Assembly: GCA_030390025.1 (NCBI GenBank)
Contig: CM059433.1
Span: 11,410,001-11,474,000 of the forward strand
Length of the DNA stretch: 64,000 nt
Source: Squalus acanthias
Taxonomy: Eukaryota
Reading direction: 5' to 3'
The translations under genes and the position numbers were made by a program. The notes beneath the pieces are model-generated. The model did not search any database, was not told where the DNA came from, and saw only the letters and a list, made by a program, of their open reading frames with translations. Below are positions 61,877 through 64,000 of this stretch, in pieces. Numbering within the stretch: position 1 is the first letter of the stretch; each line of letters starts with the position of its first letter.

Positions 61877-62569
61877 ACCTGTTGGGCCGAATGGCAATGG
61901 CCTGTTTCTGTGCTGTACATTCATTCTATGTGATATTGCACTTTCAATGCGTTCCGCAGCACTTTTACTGGAAAACTGTGACTGGTTCACATTTTTTGAA
62001 ATTGGCTTTGACTACTACATGATCCTGTGATAGCATCATCGGTATCATGAACTGCAGATCTTGTGCAAACAGGAAATCCTGGTCTCCAAGCCAGAAACTA
62101 TTGATACAGCTCCCTTCAGTGCTTCTTGTTCATCAAAGAGTCATTCCACAATAATGAAAGTTTCCCTAAACAGAGTCAAAACATCTGTATGTCTTATTAG
62201 TAGTTATGTTAAGATTTCATTGTGAGATAATTAAGGAATACAGTTATAAGGTTGGAAATACTCTCTCAACTGAATTAGGTGTCAAAGTTTAGGAGAGAGT
62301 TGGGCCCTCTAGTTGGCTGTTAGCTAGCTTTGGGTTCCCAAGATACTTAAGAAAAAAATCGAAGTACATTCTTAAAAGTACCATTTTAGACGAAACATAC
62401 TCCACTGTTCCAAAGCACTTTTAATAAAAATACAGTGGAATGTACGTGCCGGATTATATAATAAGCCATTTCCTGTTCAGTGTTCGCTGATCCCACTGAC
62501 TGCCAGATTATTCAAACCAGCAGGTGCTTAGCCATTTGCTGAACTGGCTGAATCTGTGGCTTTAATAAT

Positions 62570-63290
62570 AAGATTGGAATGAGATGGGATGAGAGGGCTG
62601 TCCTATGATGAGAGATTGTGTAGAATGGGCCTATACTCTCAGGAGTTTAGAAGAATGAGAGGTGATCCCATTGAAACATACAAGATTCTGAGGGGATTGA
62701 CAGGGTAGATGCTGAGAGGTTGTTTCCCCCCTGGCTGGAGTGTCTAGAACTAGGGGGCATAGTCTCAGGATAAGGGGTCGGCCATTTAGGACTGAGATGA
62801 GGAGGAATTTCTTCACTCAGAGGGTTGTAAATCTTTGGAATTCTCTGCCCCAGAGGGCTGTGAATGCTGAGTCTTTGAGTATATTCAAGGCTGAGATAGA
62901 TAGAGTTTTGGACTCTAGGTGAATCAAGGGATATGGAGATCGGGCGGGAAAGTGGAGTTAAGGTCAATGATCAGCCATGATCTTATTGAATGGCGGAGCA
63001 GGCTCGAGGGGCCGTATGGCCGACTCCTGCTCTTATTTCTTATGTTCTTATGTTCTTATAAGAAATAGGAGCAGGAGTCGGCCATTTGGCCCTTCGAGCC
63101 TGCTCTGCCATTCAATAAGATCATGGCTGATCTTCTACCTCATCTCCACTTTCCCGCACTATCCCCATATCACTTGATTCCCTTAATATTCAAAAATGTA
63201 TTGATCTCTGTCTTGAATATACTCAACGACTGAGCCTCCAGAGCCCTCTGGGGTAGAGAATTCCAAAGATTCACCACCCTCTGAGTGAAG
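62570..63290. mobile_element. Two CR1 3' fragments joined tail-to-tail
   Basis: + copy 62570-63058 ends in (TTCTTATG)n; - copy 63059-63290 follows directly. Confidence 0.88.
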
Positions 63291-63819
63291 TCTTCACTGT
63301 ACTTCTTTGGCTGAAAAGTGCTTTGTGACATCCTGGGGTCATGAAAGGCGCTATATAAAAGCAAGTTCTTTCTTTCAGTCAGTTGAGATCCTTCTATTAA
63401 GCTTAATGAGGATGTGATAGAACATAGAACATAGAACAGTACAGCACAGTACAGGCCCTTCGGCCCTCGATGTTGTGCCGAGCATTGTCCGAGACCAAGA
63501 TCAAGCTATCACACTCCCTATCACTCTGGTGTGCTCCATGTGCTTATCCAATAACTGCTTGAAAGTTCCTAAAGTGTCCGACTCCAGGCCTATACACATC
63601 ACATGCACAACTAAGAGCCTGCTGGGACCTTAGGAAAACATAGGCACATTCTTGACTTCACAGAGAAGAAGTAAATGAAGAATAATCTCTAAAGGTTCAG
63701 TAACTGCTGAGATCACTGTGAATTCATCAATCCCTCTGTTCAGCATCTTTGTGACTTCATTGGTATCCTTTTGAAGTTGCATAGCTGACTTTCAGTGGGG
63801 AACATTGCAGATGGTTTTG

Positions 63820-64000
63820 CAGGACGACCTCGAGGAGCTGGTGGCTGGGATTGTGAAATGGAGTGATGGTGTTTCTTCTTCTTCTTCACTCTCCTCTCCC
63901 TCTTCTTGGTCACCCAGTAGCTGGGTAGGCTGGATTTCTTGGGTGTCTGAAATGAGGAAGGCACAGAGGTAGGGTTGTGGTGAGGGAATGGCAGGAAAGC
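63820..64000 (-). pseudogene. Harbinger Myb-gene exon 3 remnant (runs off window)
   Basis: cctcatttcag acceptor then TQEIQPTQLLGDQEEGEESEEEEETPSLHFTIPATSS; resembles the exon at 37571. Confidence 0.6.

Noticed and set aside
63740..63964. Lys/His-rich ORF as host gene
   Set aside because: Alternative frame of the acidic Harbinger Myb exon remnant.

Overview
Eukaryotic, repeat-dense non-coding DNA (intergenic or large intron), most likely from a cartilaginous fish (shark). This is inferred from SacSINE1-like DeuSINEs and CR1 LINEs with (TTTCTATG)n/(TTCTTATG)n tails. No host protein-coding gene, RNA gene or CRISPR array is supported. Contents: one near full-length but disrupted CR1 LINE (zinc-finger/esterase ORF1, APE-RT ORF2) plus many CR1/L2 3' fragments; two SINE families; two families of Penelope-like elements (PLEs) with GIY-YIG remnants, inverted-repeat architecture and 8-16 bp target-site duplications (TSDs); PIF/Harbinger derivatives with spliced Myb/SANT pseudogenes and many Harbinger-type MITEs; a Tc1/mariner-type MITE; a solo LTR; and minisatellites. 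The most notable signal is about 15 minimal hammerhead ribozyme motifs (CUGANGA-A-helix II-GAAA-palindromic helix III) in both PLE families, with visible compensatory base changes. All family names come from recognition by eye, not database searches, and boundaries of old repeats are approximate.
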